DNA of 61,544 nt, the filler included, from Asterionella formosa (lineage: Eukaryota), in NCBI GenBank assembly GCA_002256025.1. It is 5 parts of 5 records of this genome, joined end to end, with 100 filler letters (N's around TTAATTAATTAA, not from the genome) between each part and the next. Parts side by side here need not be neighbours in the genome. Positions count along the whole stretch, not along the records: positions 1 to 12,248 come from NKIB01007682.1; 4 more parts are not named here. One strand, given 5' to 3'. A model generated the notes under the pieces. The model was not told the origin of the DNA, made no database searches, and saw only the letters and a program-made list of their open reading frames with translations. Within the stretch, counting starts at the first letter, position 1; every line of letters starts with the position of its first letter. The translations under genes were made by a program, and so were the position numbers. Positions 1 through 12,348 of this stretch are shown in pieces.

Positions 1-167
1 TGACCATCACCATACGACGTACCAGGTACATTCTCCAACATCATGGGCGCAAGAAATTTTCTTTTTGCTTGTTTGGTCTCTCTTTCGATGGTGGCTCTTT
101 CTTTTGAAGCCAATCATCATCGCGCGTACTACCGGTAGATGTACAAGTAATCAAGTTATTGCTTCAC

Positions 168-1787
168 ATGATTCAAACGTTGAATCGGCAGAAAGAAAGG
201 AATCATTCTCTCCTTCTCTCTGTCATTGTCCTGTCGTTCACCATCATGTCGACTCTTGCACTGAATTCTGCAGGTCGGGCGAGGTCGAGGATTGCTTCTT
301 CCGTTACAAGGACCAAATCGCCTCGTCTTTACAGTGCCAAGCCAACAAACCAAGACATACACGACGCCAAACATAAGGAACTGATTGCCGCTTCCAAGCT
401 GTCACTCGCACCCATGATGGAATACACAGATCGCCATTTTCGACATGTCGTTCGGTTGATTTCGAAACGGACATTAGTGTACACGGAAATGGTGGCGGGT
501 AACACTCTTTCATTTGAGCGAGAAAAAATCAAGCATGTCTATCGAAGTGAGCACCCAACTGCCGATGAAGACCAGGTCCAGAAGAACTATTATGATGCAT
601 ACATTCGGCGTTGTGTTGGGCAAGGTGTCATTGAACCATTCGAGGGGCCATCCGTTCTGCAGCTCGGGGGAGCGGATCCTGGGATGCTATTCGACGCTGT
701 ACAGACAGTCATGGACATGACCGACCGAGGCTACTGCGACTATACAGCCTTGAATCTCAATTGTGGATGTCCATCTCCAAAGGTGTCTGGCAAGGGTGGA
801 TTCGGAGCTTCGTTAATGGAAGATGCCAAGCTGGTGTCGGAGCTCACAAAAGCCATGTATGATGGTGCTGATGGTAAGCTTCCCATATCGGTCAAGTGTC
901 GGATTGGAACTGACATTGGTATGGAGGAATCTTTCACTGCCAAGAGGTATGAGACTATAGATACGGACGAAGAGTATAGGAAATTGTATCGCTTTATTGA
1001 AACAGTGGCTTCCAACGGAGTAGTGACTGATTTTTCAGTACATGCTCGGATTGCAGTTTTGGAGAAATCATTTTCGCCAGCTGACAATCGGAAGATCCCG
1101 CCCTTGAAGTACGATTTCGTAAGGCGACTCGTCCAGGACTTTCCCGATTTTACCTTTTCGCTGAATGGAGGCATAGAAAGCATTTCTCAAGCTCAAGCTC
1201 AATTTGATGCCAGCCCCAATCTCGCCGGAGTGATGATTGGCCGAGCATGGGCGGCAGACCCCTGGAGTTTTGCCATGGCAGACCGATTACTTTACGGCGA
1301 TTGTGAATCAAATATGCCTATGAATCGACTGGAACTTTTGGAGGCCTACGGAAAGCACGCCGATGCCGAAGAGGAAATGTGGGATCCTGTCAAGATTCGC
1401 CGCTTCATCGTTAAGGCTGTGATGCCGTTGTTCGCAGGTGAAGCCAAGGGCAAGCGATATCGGGTTGCACTTGACGAAATTGCTGGTTTGCCAAAGAAGC
1501 TTCTAATCCAGGGGAAGACCTTGGAAGGCTATCCACCTCTATCGGAACTCATTCTAAATGCAGCGTTAGAAACCCTGAGCGAGACTGCGTTATTGCGATC
1601 GCCCGAAGAATCTTATGATCGAGTTTTATGGGAAGAAGCCAAGCGTAGTGGTGAAACTCGATCTATTCATGTCGCTGAGTGGCAAGAACGACGGAAACAA
1701 GATGATACAGACTCTGGGACGGATTACCTGACCCGATCAGCGGCTGCTCACTTTGAGGATTCGTCGTCCGTATCGGGATTGGCCTGA
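168..1787 (+). CDS. dusA: tRNA-dihydrouridine synthase, DusA-like (possibly organelle-targeted)
   Basis: Motifs LSLAPMMEYTDRHFR, YTEMV, LQLGG, NLNCGCPS (catalytic Cys), SVKCRIG, VHARIA, NRKIPPLKY, LNGGI, GVMIGR. First ATG at 168, alternative at 246. Confidence 0.9.
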   Translation: MIQTLNRQKERNHSLLLSVIVLSFTIMSTLALNSAGRARSRIASSVTRTKSPRLYSAKPTNQDIHDAKHKELIAASKLSLAPMMEYTDRHFRHVVRLISKRTLVYTEMVAGNTLSFEREKIKHVYRSEHPTADEDQVQKNYYDAYIRRCVGQGVIEPFEGPSVLQLGGADPGMLFDAVQTVMDMTDRGYCDYTALNLNCGCPSPKVSGKGGFGASLMEDAKLVSELTKAMYDGADGKLPISVKCRIGTDIGMEESFTAKRYETIDTDEEYRKLYRFIETVASNGVVTDFSVHARIAVLEKSFSPADNRKIPPLKYDFVRRLVQDFPDFTFSLNGGIESISQAQAQFDASPNLAGVMIGRAWAADPWSFAMADRLLYGDCESNMPMNRLELLEAYGKHADAEEEMWDPVKIRRFIVKAVMPLFAGEAKGKRYRVALDEIAGLPKKLLIQGKTLEGYPPLSELILNAALETLSETALLRSPEESYDRVLWEEAKRSGETRSIHVAEWQERRKQDDTDSGTDYLTRSAAAHFEDSSSVSGLA

Positions 1788-1971
1788 CAGCCACTACTAG
1801 TTCAAAATTCTTGGCCGGTTGGTCACCACTTCGAGTAATTTCAACGATTTTGTATTTTCTTTACCCTCCTCCTACTTGTAACCTAGCTTTTTTTGCACAG
1901 GTGACATGCAACAGTTCATACTTCATCTAGTAGGTGAAATTATTCTACTCAAGCTTGTGGCAGAAAATTGC

Positions 1972-3033
1972 TTACACAAAGTCATCGGCAGTTCCCTGAA
2001 GCGAGGACGTAACATTAATTTCCGACAAATTGTAGTTGCAGAGGGGACAACGAGTGTGATTGGATGTCCACGAGGAGATGCAATCGACGTGATAGATATG
2101 TTTGCAAGGAAGTTTAACGAGTTGCTCTCCGTCTTCATATTCTCCTAAACAAATAGTGCACACCTCCTCACTTTCGTCGCCCTTCTCTAAATCATCGTGC
2201 TGCGCAACACTTCCATATTTTCCTTTTCCCTTCTTGACCTCATATTGAAAATCTTCCCATTGCGATCTCGCCTGATCACTCACACCTTGATGCCCAACTT
2301 GTCCATCTGGATGTCCGTAACCCCCTTCCATCATATTTCGCTGTGACTCCATGATAGCCAGGGCCAACTGAGCTTGGAAGGACAACATCCGCAAATCACT
2401 TCGGTTCACTTCCGTCGTTCCCTCTTCGGCAGTCTCCACATACGCTTGGATCCTGCGATCCAACTCGTCCTCCCTATCTCTATTATAACTTACCCAACGA
2501 GCTGTCCAGGACGTTCCCACCAAACACAACATGAGTAGTCCAAAGTCTGCATGAGCAATAGCTTCGATCCACAACCGAAACAGCACAAAGACAGCGAGAA
2601 GGACACATGCGCTGGTCCTTCGTCGAGCTAATTCCCGCTCCTCTTCCAATTCTTGTAGAGATACTCTACCGTCGGTGCGGGCGAGTCCATCGCCGTTCCG
2701 CATGGCCTGGCGCACAGTAAGGCTAGTCCGGGTTGTTGCCGCCGTAGTGACTGGCACGACTGCTGCCTCGTCCTCTGGGACTATCGTTTCAACTTCGATA
2801 GTCGAAGTATCAGAAGGTACGAGTTCTGGTGGATCCGAAAGATCTGTATTTGTTGCATGTGTTGGTATTTCAGGTTCAGGGGATGTGACCGAGGTGGGAG
2901 CAGCTGTCGAAGTGCGAGACACCGCCGCTGCATCGTCAGCGTCGTCAAGAACTTCCAAAGGATGATGATCCCTGCGAGCTAGGTGCCGCTCCTGCCAGTT
3001 CAGAAAACTTCCTACCATTGTTGACATCGACAT
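1972..3033 (-). CDS. Transmembrane RING-H2 E3 ubiquitin ligase
   Basis: C-terminal CTICLGEY...LPCKHIYHVDCISSW...CPLC RING-H2 and two hydrophobic segments. First ATG at 3033. Confidence 0.85.
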   Translation of the reverse strand: MSMSTMVGSFLNWQERHLARRDHHPLEVLDDADDAAAVSRTSTAAPTSVTSPEPEIPTHATNTDLSDPPELVPSDTSTIEVETIVPEDEAAVVPVTTAATTRTSLTVRQAMRNGDGLARTDGRVSLQELEEERELARRRTSACVLLAVFVLFRLWIEAIAHADFGLLMLCLVGTSWTARWVSYNRDREDELDRRIQAYVETAEEGTTEVNRSDLRMLSFQAQLALAIMESQRNMMEGGYGHPDGQVGHQGVSDQARSQWEDFQYEVKKGKGKYGSVAQHDDLEKGDESEEVCTICLGEYEDGEQLVKLPCKHIYHVDCISSWTSNHTRCPLCNYNLSEINVTSSLQGTADDFV

Positions 3034-4114
3034 GGTGAACGAGGTATTGATGCTTGGTTGTCGCGAAGCGAACGCAAGGGCGAGTCCTCGACTCAAAGAA
3101 ACCCACAAGACTTGATGAAAAGCTCACGATTGTCTTCGATATGATTATGTGCCAGGCGGTACATGTAAATACGTGTACTGGTATGTATGTACAAGCACTG
3201 TAAAAAGATCAACATGTTTATACATATGACAACAACGTAATCACACTCTTTGGATGAATATGTATATAGACCTATGTACAGCTGCATTATACAGACATCC
3301 GTACCGGTAGATCCCTACATTTCTAAGTTGCTATGGAACTTACGATTATGCATATGAATGAAGCTGTACGTACATTTGAACGTATATTCAGACATTGCTC
3401 TATTCTTGCTTTACATGCGTAGATTTTATGTACTTGGGGTACCTGGTACCTGCCGGTATATTGTGCTCCGCCCCCTGAGCAGTCTAGTGAGCGAGTCTGA
3501 TGACGAGTCGATGTCATGAACGAATATTGCTCCTTTGTTCTCTTGCATTCGTTTGAAGGTACCAGGGGTACCAGGTACCAGGTACCTGGTACCCTGGTGC
3601 CGGTACCAGCAACTTGCGGTAATTTTGCTGAGAATTAAGACTTATGTAGCTATCTTTATCCGAGATAAAAATGTTGTTAGTTTAAGCAAAATGACCGCAA
3701 CCTGCAGGTACTTGGTATCTAGTACCTGGTTCTATGTAGCAGGTTTTCCGAGTACCTGGCACCAGGTGCTCCACATAAGAATAATACCCATTTGAAGGGC
3801 AGTACATGGTAGTATGATACCAAAGAACAGTACCAGGTATCATTCGAAAACATATAATAAGCAAGTGGTAAATCTTCTCTGAAATATCAATTACGACCAA
3901 ATTGCTGCTAGAACAAGCAGGAGGCGAGGAAATCATGATGCAGCCCACCTGGTACCGGGTGCCTAAAATAGATACCAGTATAATTGAATGATGTGATTCT
4001 AGGAGTCATGATGGCATCCTGAAGCGTTGCCCAGCGAGCATCAGAGATGAGAGGGAAGAAGCGTTTGTTGAAATCAGGAGCCAACCACAAAGAAATATAA
4101 ACACGACGATTGCC

Positions 4115-5029
4115 ATGGCGACGATTCGTTTCTCATCACTCGCACTATTAGTTGCTCAACTGGGAACTGGCAGTCAATGCTTCGTGCTTCGTCTTCCATC
4201 TTTCCAGCAGCATCAGAAACATAATAATGGCGCGGTGTTGTTGTTCTCCGAACAAGCACCGTCAACTGGTCTTTATCGACCCTTTATCAATCATGCTTGG
4301 AACAAACTTGAATCCTTGTCGTCTTTGTCTCCTGTCACTGTGCAAGAAGAATTGGCAACCAATTCGGCACTCACCAAGGGAAACATGCCAGAAGGAACCA
4401 TGGTCAAAGTAACCACTGCTGCGTTGCAAGGAACGAAACATCAAAGTCCCATCAAGTATGCCAGATACGCTCTATTGGAAACCCTAGTACCAGGTCTTGC
4501 AGAAACAACTTCTGGCATACAAGTGATGAATGTTGTTATTTTACCCCATGGAAATGCAGTACCAGTATGGGGAGTTGATTTGGTTAGTTTACCAGGTGAC
4601 AAACATTTGTTGGCCATGGACGTTCAACCTATGGGTCCACTGATCCTGCCACATGCTGAAGAATGGAAAGCATGGCATACCAAACATGTTGATGGGACCT
4701 TTGAATGGGGAGGGGATCTTCCAGAAGAAGTAGCTCAATACTTTTCTCCATTCGGGCTTTGGACTCGCTTGACAGGTTCTCCAAGTATATATCAAATCCA
4801 AACTTTGGTAATGGAAGCCTTTCAAGATCATTTGAACTTGTATCTTGATATGATCCATGATGATAATGAAACTGGTCGAGATGCCGATATCAATGGGGAA
4901 AATAATCAAGAAAAGTATCTAAACTATCGGCGAGCGAATGATCCGGCAAGGCCGATGTTAAAATCACTCTATGGCCCTGAATGGACAGAGCAAGTATTGA
5001 ATGAAGTACTATTTCCAACCCAATTCTAA
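4115..5029 (+). CDS. Ferredoxin-dependent bilin reductase (PebB/HY2-like), plastid-targeted
   Basis: Motifs VPVWGVDLVSLPG, AMDVQP, YFSPFGLWTRL, YLNYRRANDPARPMLKSLYGPEWTEQVLNEVLF. Signal peptide followed by SQC|FV (ASAFAP-like). Confidence 0.85.
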   Translation: MATIRFSSLALLVAQLGTGSQCFVLRLPSFQQHQKHNNGAVLLFSEQAPSTGLYRPFINHAWNKLESLSSLSPVTVQEELATNSALTKGNMPEGTMVKVTTAALQGTKHQSPIKYARYALLETLVPGLAETTSGIQVMNVVILPHGNAVPVWGVDLVSLPGDKHLLAMDVQPMGPLILPHAEEWKAWHTKHVDGTFEWGGDLPEEVAQYFSPFGLWTRLTGSPSIYQIQTLVMEAFQDHLNLYLDMIHDDNETGRDADINGENNQEKYLNYRRANDPARPMLKSLYGPEWTEQVLNEVLFPTQF

Positions 5030-5556
5030 TCCATAATTCAGAGACGAGTTCAACTGTCGGAAAAGTTCCAACTGCAATAGACAAATTAACGAATATCAAA
5101 CAAACAAAGCTAGAAATGGTGATCATATAGCGATATAATTCCACCTTTAGGTGCATTGCCTTGCCTTAATCTCAGGATGACATCAAGTATTGATTGTGTA
5201 CTTTAAATTGTTTCAAGAGCTCGTCTTTGGTAAACACTGATGCAGTCCCACAGTTCAAAGTGAACATTCATAGATACACAGTGCTCCCTTTTGACACTAT
5301 TGCGCTCGATTGCTGACGTTAAACTCTCTTTATCAAGGAGGTGTAAAAATAGTCTTGCTGAAAGTCGCGAGACCATAACTATTAGTCGACTTCAAACAAG
5401 AGCTACTATCCTCATCAGTTGGTACAACGAAAAAAATGCATGACTATGATATGAAATCCATTGCAATATGACTCGTTCAATATCGGCAGTTCCGTAACGT
5501 CGGAATACACTGAATGAACACAACCTGGTACCTCACATTCCACATTCAAAATTGCA

Positions 5557-7743
<2,187 letters not shown>

Positions 7744-8067
7744 TTAGGTTGCTTATTGTGGTCGCAGTCGTTGCTGCAGCAATGATTATTAATATCGGTA
7801 TACAGATTCTATGCCGGTGCACGAGCAATGGATATGATTACCGGTATGGTAATAAAGAAACAGATACCGGTATATGATATTCCGGCATGTTGATAATAAA
7901 TAATATCGCTCACAGTCTATTGGTTTAGCATAGGCTTCGTCTGTCTGCCCTACGCTTTCCCACAATCTGGTTCTTTGCTACCGCCTTCTTAAAAATAAAT
8001 ATCCAAAACGCATCACAAAAGAACAAAGGAGTTTTTCCTGTTGTTGTTTCCTCGCCCCACATCGACC

Positions 8068-10167
8068 ATGATGAGTGACCCCAAATGCCCCTGCTGCAGC
8101 AACCCGTGGGGCGCCGCCACCGGAGAGTTTTTCGCCAAGCTTTGTGGCGAGTGTGAAGGGAAAAAGACGGAAGGCTCTGCCTTGTCCCGAGCCAACATGG
8201 ACTTGACCATTTCTCCCGGCGACAACTTTTACCAGTACGCCTCGGGAACTTGGATGAAAGAAAACCCGATCCCCGCGGGTTACCCGTCATGGAATACCTT
8301 CACCGCCCTGCATGTCAAGTCTCAAGAAGATCTCAAGAATCTCCTACTGGGACTGGCACAGAAGGAGCTCCTCACGCCGGACGAAACCAAAGTCAAGGCC
8401 TTCTACGATGCTGCCATGGACGAAGCGACCATTGATGCTAAAGGAGTAGCTCCAATTCAACCCTTGCTGGATTTATGCGTTATAGCCACTGACGCACGAA
8501 AGAACCAGGATGCAAAAGGCTTGGCGGAAGCCATTGGCATTTTTGAATCGCAGTTCGGACTTAGTCGCTTCTTCTGCATCGGAGCGAGTCCTGACAACAA
8601 AAACTCGGAGCATTCCATCTGTCAGATAAGTCAGGGTGGTATCGGCCTTCCTGATAGAGATTACTACTTCGACGACGACAAGGCCGACAAGCGGGAGGCC
8701 TACAAAACACACGTGGCCAAAATGCTGACTCTCCTCGTCGACCCTTCTGCTGACGAAGCTACTGAAGAAGCCACCGCTTCTGCTATTGCAGTTTTCGATT
8801 TGGAGCTTGCTCTGGCAGAAAAGCACATGACTAAGACTGAAAATCGGGATCCTCATGCGACGTATAACAAAATGACTGTCGCCACACTCACTGAAACATG
8901 CAAGGGAGCGTTTGATTTTGAATCGTACTTTCGTGGTTCTACCGGCAAGTCAGTGGAAGAACTGGGGGACATCAATGTTCGCAATGTTGCCGCTATTGAA
9001 TGCATGGCCGAAGTTATATCCACTGTTGATCCAAACGTTCTCTCCGACTACCTTCGTTGGGGAGCCATCAAGAGCTGCGCTCCTTATATGTCAAAGGCCT
9101 TTGTCGATGAGAATTTCCGCTTTTTTGAAACCGTTCTTATGGGAACAGCAGAGATCAAGCCTCGTTGGAAGCGTGCCATGGCCTTCACGGAATCAGCCTT
9201 AGGAGAAGCCCTGGGTCAAATGTATTGCGCTGCATTTTTTGATGAATCTGCCAAAGGACGTGCATTGACCATTGTCGAACATATTCGCAAAGCACTGGAG
9301 GGACGCCTCAAGGAAGTCGACTGGATGAAGTCAGACTCGACCCGTGAGGCGGCATTGGCCAAAATGTCGCGTTTCAAGGTCAAGATTGGATATCCCGATG
9401 AATGGATTGATTACACTCCTCTGGAAATCTCAACTGGCGAAGATTTCCTTGGTATGGTGCTCAAAGCTCGGGCGTTTGAACATTCGCGTCAAGTCAAGGA
9501 AATGAACTCTCCAACAAATCCTAAGAAATGGTTCATGACGCCCCAAACAGTCAATGCCTACTATCACCCAATGCTCAATGAGATAGTCTTCCCCGCTGCC
9601 ATTCTTCGGCCACCGTTTTTTGACAAGGATGCGGATGATGCTGTCAACTACGGAGCTATGGGGGCAGTTGTTGGTCACGAAATGACTCACGGTTTTGACG
9701 ACAAGGGGCGTAAATTCAACGCGGATGGCAACATGATTGACTGGTGGACAGAGGAGGATGCCAAGGAGTATGAACAGCGAGTTGAAGTCATGGTGCAGCA
9801 GGCAAATGAGTTCAAGGTCTACGGTCAATCTGTCCAGGGAAAACTTACATGCGGTGAAAATATCGCCGACCTCGGTGGTCTTCGTTTGGCGTACCGTGCG
9901 CTAAAAGCAAAAGAGGGGTTTGAGTCGACGCCGTTGATTGATGGATTCACACCCACTCAACGTTTTTTCCTTGCATGGGCTCAGGTATGGAGGCAAAACA
10001 TTACCAAAGAGCGATCTTTGCAATTGATTACGCTTGATCCACATGGACCCAACGAGATGAGGGCGAACGGCCCACTCTCCAATATGGAAGAGTTCCTCCA
10101 AGAGTTCCAAATCTCGGAAGATTCTCCAATGTACAGACCAGTGGAGACCCGTGTTGATATCTGGTAA
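8068..10167 (+). CDS. M13 family zinc metalloendopeptidase (PepO/neprilysin-like), no signal peptide
   Basis: PGDNFYQYASGTW, VNAYY, NEIVFPAAIL, GHEMTHGFD (HExxH), GENIADLGG, DPHGP, C-terminal IW. Confidence 0.93.
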   Translation: MMSDPKCPCCSNPWGAATGEFFAKLCGECEGKKTEGSALSRANMDLTISPGDNFYQYASGTWMKENPIPAGYPSWNTFTALHVKSQEDLKNLLLGLAQKELLTPDETKVKAFYDAAMDEATIDAKGVAPIQPLLDLCVIATDARKNQDAKGLAEAIGIFESQFGLSRFFCIGASPDNKNSEHSICQISQGGIGLPDRDYYFDDDKADKREAYKTHVAKMLTLLVDPSADEATEEATASAIAVFDLELALAEKHMTKTENRDPHATYNKMTVATLTETCKGAFDFESYFRGSTGKSVEELGDINVRNVAAIECMAEVISTVDPNVLSDYLRWGAIKSCAPYMSKAFVDENFRFFETVLMGTAEIKPRWKRAMAFTESALGEALGQMYCAAFFDESAKGRALTIVEHIRKALEGRLKEVDWMKSDSTREAALAKMSRFKVKIGYPDEWIDYTPLEISTGEDFLGMVLKARAFEHSRQVKEMNSPTNPKKWFMTPQTVNAYYHPMLNEIVFPAAILRPPFFDKDADDAVNYGAMGAVVGHEMTHGFDDKGRKFNADGNMIDWWTEEDAKEYEQRVEVMVQQANEFKVYGQSVQGKLTCGENIADLGGLRLAYRALKAKEGFESTPLIDGFTPTQRFFLAWAQVWRQNITKERSLQLITLDPHGPNEMRANGPLSNMEEFLQEFQISEDSPMYRPVETRVDIW

Positions 10168-10563
10168 TTGCGCTTGGTATGATGGTTTTGCTCGACTTTT
10201 TTAGGCTTGACTACCGGTAAAGAATTTCTTCTTACCGGTAATTGAATTCTCCGTTCTCTTGACCATTTTTGGGTGAAAGAAGGAAGAAATTCCTCTGCTA
10301 GCAGCTATATAGGTGTAGGCTTTTTCTATTTATACAAAAATACAAAATACATTATTTTGTATAAATAGTCTACCGAAATCATGTGCACTGTTTCCTTGTT
10401 CTTTTATTGAGAACGATGCAACTTTTCTTATTTAGTGCGCGCATGCTGATTTTCATTGTGCAACGTCCTTACCTGGCATCGGTAATCGATTATTTGATAT
10501 TGTCATGCTGAGGATGTTGACAGCACATCATTGGCCATCATTGATAGTGCTTATTTCGTTACC

Positions 10564-12204
10564 ATGGCAATCGCAGAACTCCTAGTACGATGCACTCGAC
10601 CCAGGCCTGCTACATCGTGTAAACGATTGCTGAGCTCATCGTTTCGGTCTCAAACTGTTGTGGCATTTCGATCCTTCAACGGAGTTGGATCGTTGGGTGG
10701 CCGTTTGTGTTCTGGTCACAGCGAAAGCCCCCTACTTCCCTATTGCGAAGAGCAAAACGTGCTGGCATGTAGCGCCGCTTTGGGATACGGGGATCGTGAT
10801 ATATTGACAGCAATTGCTGTAAGACTTCAGTCGTGGCTCGAACGCGTCTACGAAGCATTGGTTGTCATCGGCCGAGCGGCAGAGATTGCACTCCGACTCG
10901 TTCCCCTCGCCATACTCACTCCCAGTGCCATGATTGCAAAGGACCTGCTAGACTACGACACTCCAGCCAACATCGCTTGGTGGTATGCCTTGCACACCCT
11001 CCAACAACTTGGCCCTGCGTTTGTCAAGTTGGCACAATGGGTAGCAACGCGACGCGACATGTTTCCTCAGCATATTTGTGATCGATTTTCCAAGCTACAT
11101 GACGATGGACTGCCCCATACTTGGACATATACGGACGGCGTTTTAAGAGAAGCTTTTGGAGACAATTATGGTCTACAACTCGAAGTACAGAGTCATGACG
11201 TTATTGGATGTGGATCTGCAGCTCAAGTCTATAGAGGATTCTGGAAAGATGACAATGGGATCATGAAGCCAGTCGCCATCAAGGTATTGCATCCTAACTT
11301 TAGACACCTGGTTGAACGAGATTTGAGATTCATGTCGAGCGTGGCCAATCTCATTCATTCGTTGCCATCGGAAACGATCCGCATGGTTAACCTTCCTCGC
11401 GTGGCGCACAATTTTAGTGAAATTTTGCAGCGACAAGCAGATTTAAGATTGGAAGGCTCTAATCTTACTCGATTCAGAGTCAATTTTTATGGACAGGCTG
11501 AAAAGAAGATTGGGGCTGTCTTCTTTCCGAAGCCGCTCTACAGCGATGAAATGATCTTAATCGAAGATTTGGTACAGAATGCAAAACCTATTGCAAGCTT
11601 TTTACAGGACGAATCTAACGAAGGAAGGAGGATTCGTAGAGAATTGGCAGGCCCTCTACTACAGGCTTTTTTGAAAATGGTGTTTCTTGATAACTTTGTG
11701 CACTGTGACTTGCATCCAGGTAATGTACTGGTACGGGCTACTCAGGAACCAAACAACAGGGTAAAGCGGTCAATTGTATTTTTGGATGCTGGCATTGCTG
11801 TTTCGCTTTGTCCCCAAGACCAACAAAATCTGAAGGACCTCTTTCGGGCTGTCATATTGAATGACGGCAAAAATGCCGGGCGCCTCATGGTCGAGCGTGC
11901 CAAATATGAACGGTGTTCACAAACACCAGGTGGAATCGATGCCTTTGCAGCTGGAGTAGAAGCCATTGTTTCGGAGTTTCATGACAATCGCAAACATGGT
12001 CTCACATTGGGAGCCGTACGAATAGGGTCCTTGCTAGGACAAGTCCTGGAACTGTGCCGTGTTCATGGCGTGGAAATTGACCCAGCCATGGCGAGTATTG
12101 TACTAAGTACCTTGGTGTTAGAAGGATTGGGGCGTTCGCTGGAACCTGACCTGAATTTGATAGATTTTGCTATTCCTTTCGTGCTCGGGCGTGCCATGGT
12201 CTAG
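10564..12204 (+). CDS. ABC1/UbiB atypical kinase (ADCK2-like)
   Basis: LGPAFVKLAQW, IGCGSAAQVY, VAIKVLHP, FVHCDLHPGN, FLDAG, LEGLGRSL. Confidence 0.9.
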   Translation: MAIAELLVRCTRPRPATSCKRLLSSSFRSQTVVAFRSFNGVGSLGGRLCSGHSESPLLPYCEEQNVLACSAALGYGDRDILTAIAVRLQSWLERVYEALVVIGRAAEIALRLVPLAILTPSAMIAKDLLDYDTPANIAWWYALHTLQQLGPAFVKLAQWVATRRDMFPQHICDRFSKLHDDGLPHTWTYTDGVLREAFGDNYGLQLEVQSHDVIGCGSAAQVYRGFWKDDNGIMKPVAIKVLHPNFRHLVERDLRFMSSVANLIHSLPSETIRMVNLPRVAHNFSEILQRQADLRLEGSNLTRFRVNFYGQAEKKIGAVFFPKPLYSDEMILIEDLVQNAKPIASFLQDESNEGRRIRRELAGPLLQAFLKMVFLDNFVHCDLHPGNVLVRATQEPNNRVKRSIVFLDAGIAVSLCPQDQQNLKDLFRAVILNDGKNAGRLMVERAKYERCSQTPGGIDAFAAGVEAIVSEFHDNRKHGLTLGAVRIGSLLGQVLELCRVHGVEIDPAMASIVLSTLVLEGLGRSLEPDLNLIDFAIPFVLGRAMV

Positions 12205-12248
12205 TCTCAACACTATGACCGGGCTGCTGAGGCTTTACAAATATTTCT

Positions 12249-12348
12249 NNNNNNNNNNNNNNNNNNNNNNNNNNNNNNNNNNNNNNNNNNNNTTAATTAA
12301 TTAANNNNNNNNNNNNNNNNNNNNNNNNNNNNNNNNNNNNNNNNNNNN
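12249..12348. other. Artificial scaffold-joining spacer (N44-TTAATTAATTAA-N44)
   Basis: Exactly 100 nt with a six-frame stop linker; the same design recurs four times. Confidence 0.95.

Noticed and set aside
12293..12304. TTAATTAATTAA repeated four times at about 12.3-kb spacing as a biological periodic element
   Set aside because: Always centred in an exact 100-nt N block; it is an assembly linker with stops in all six frames.
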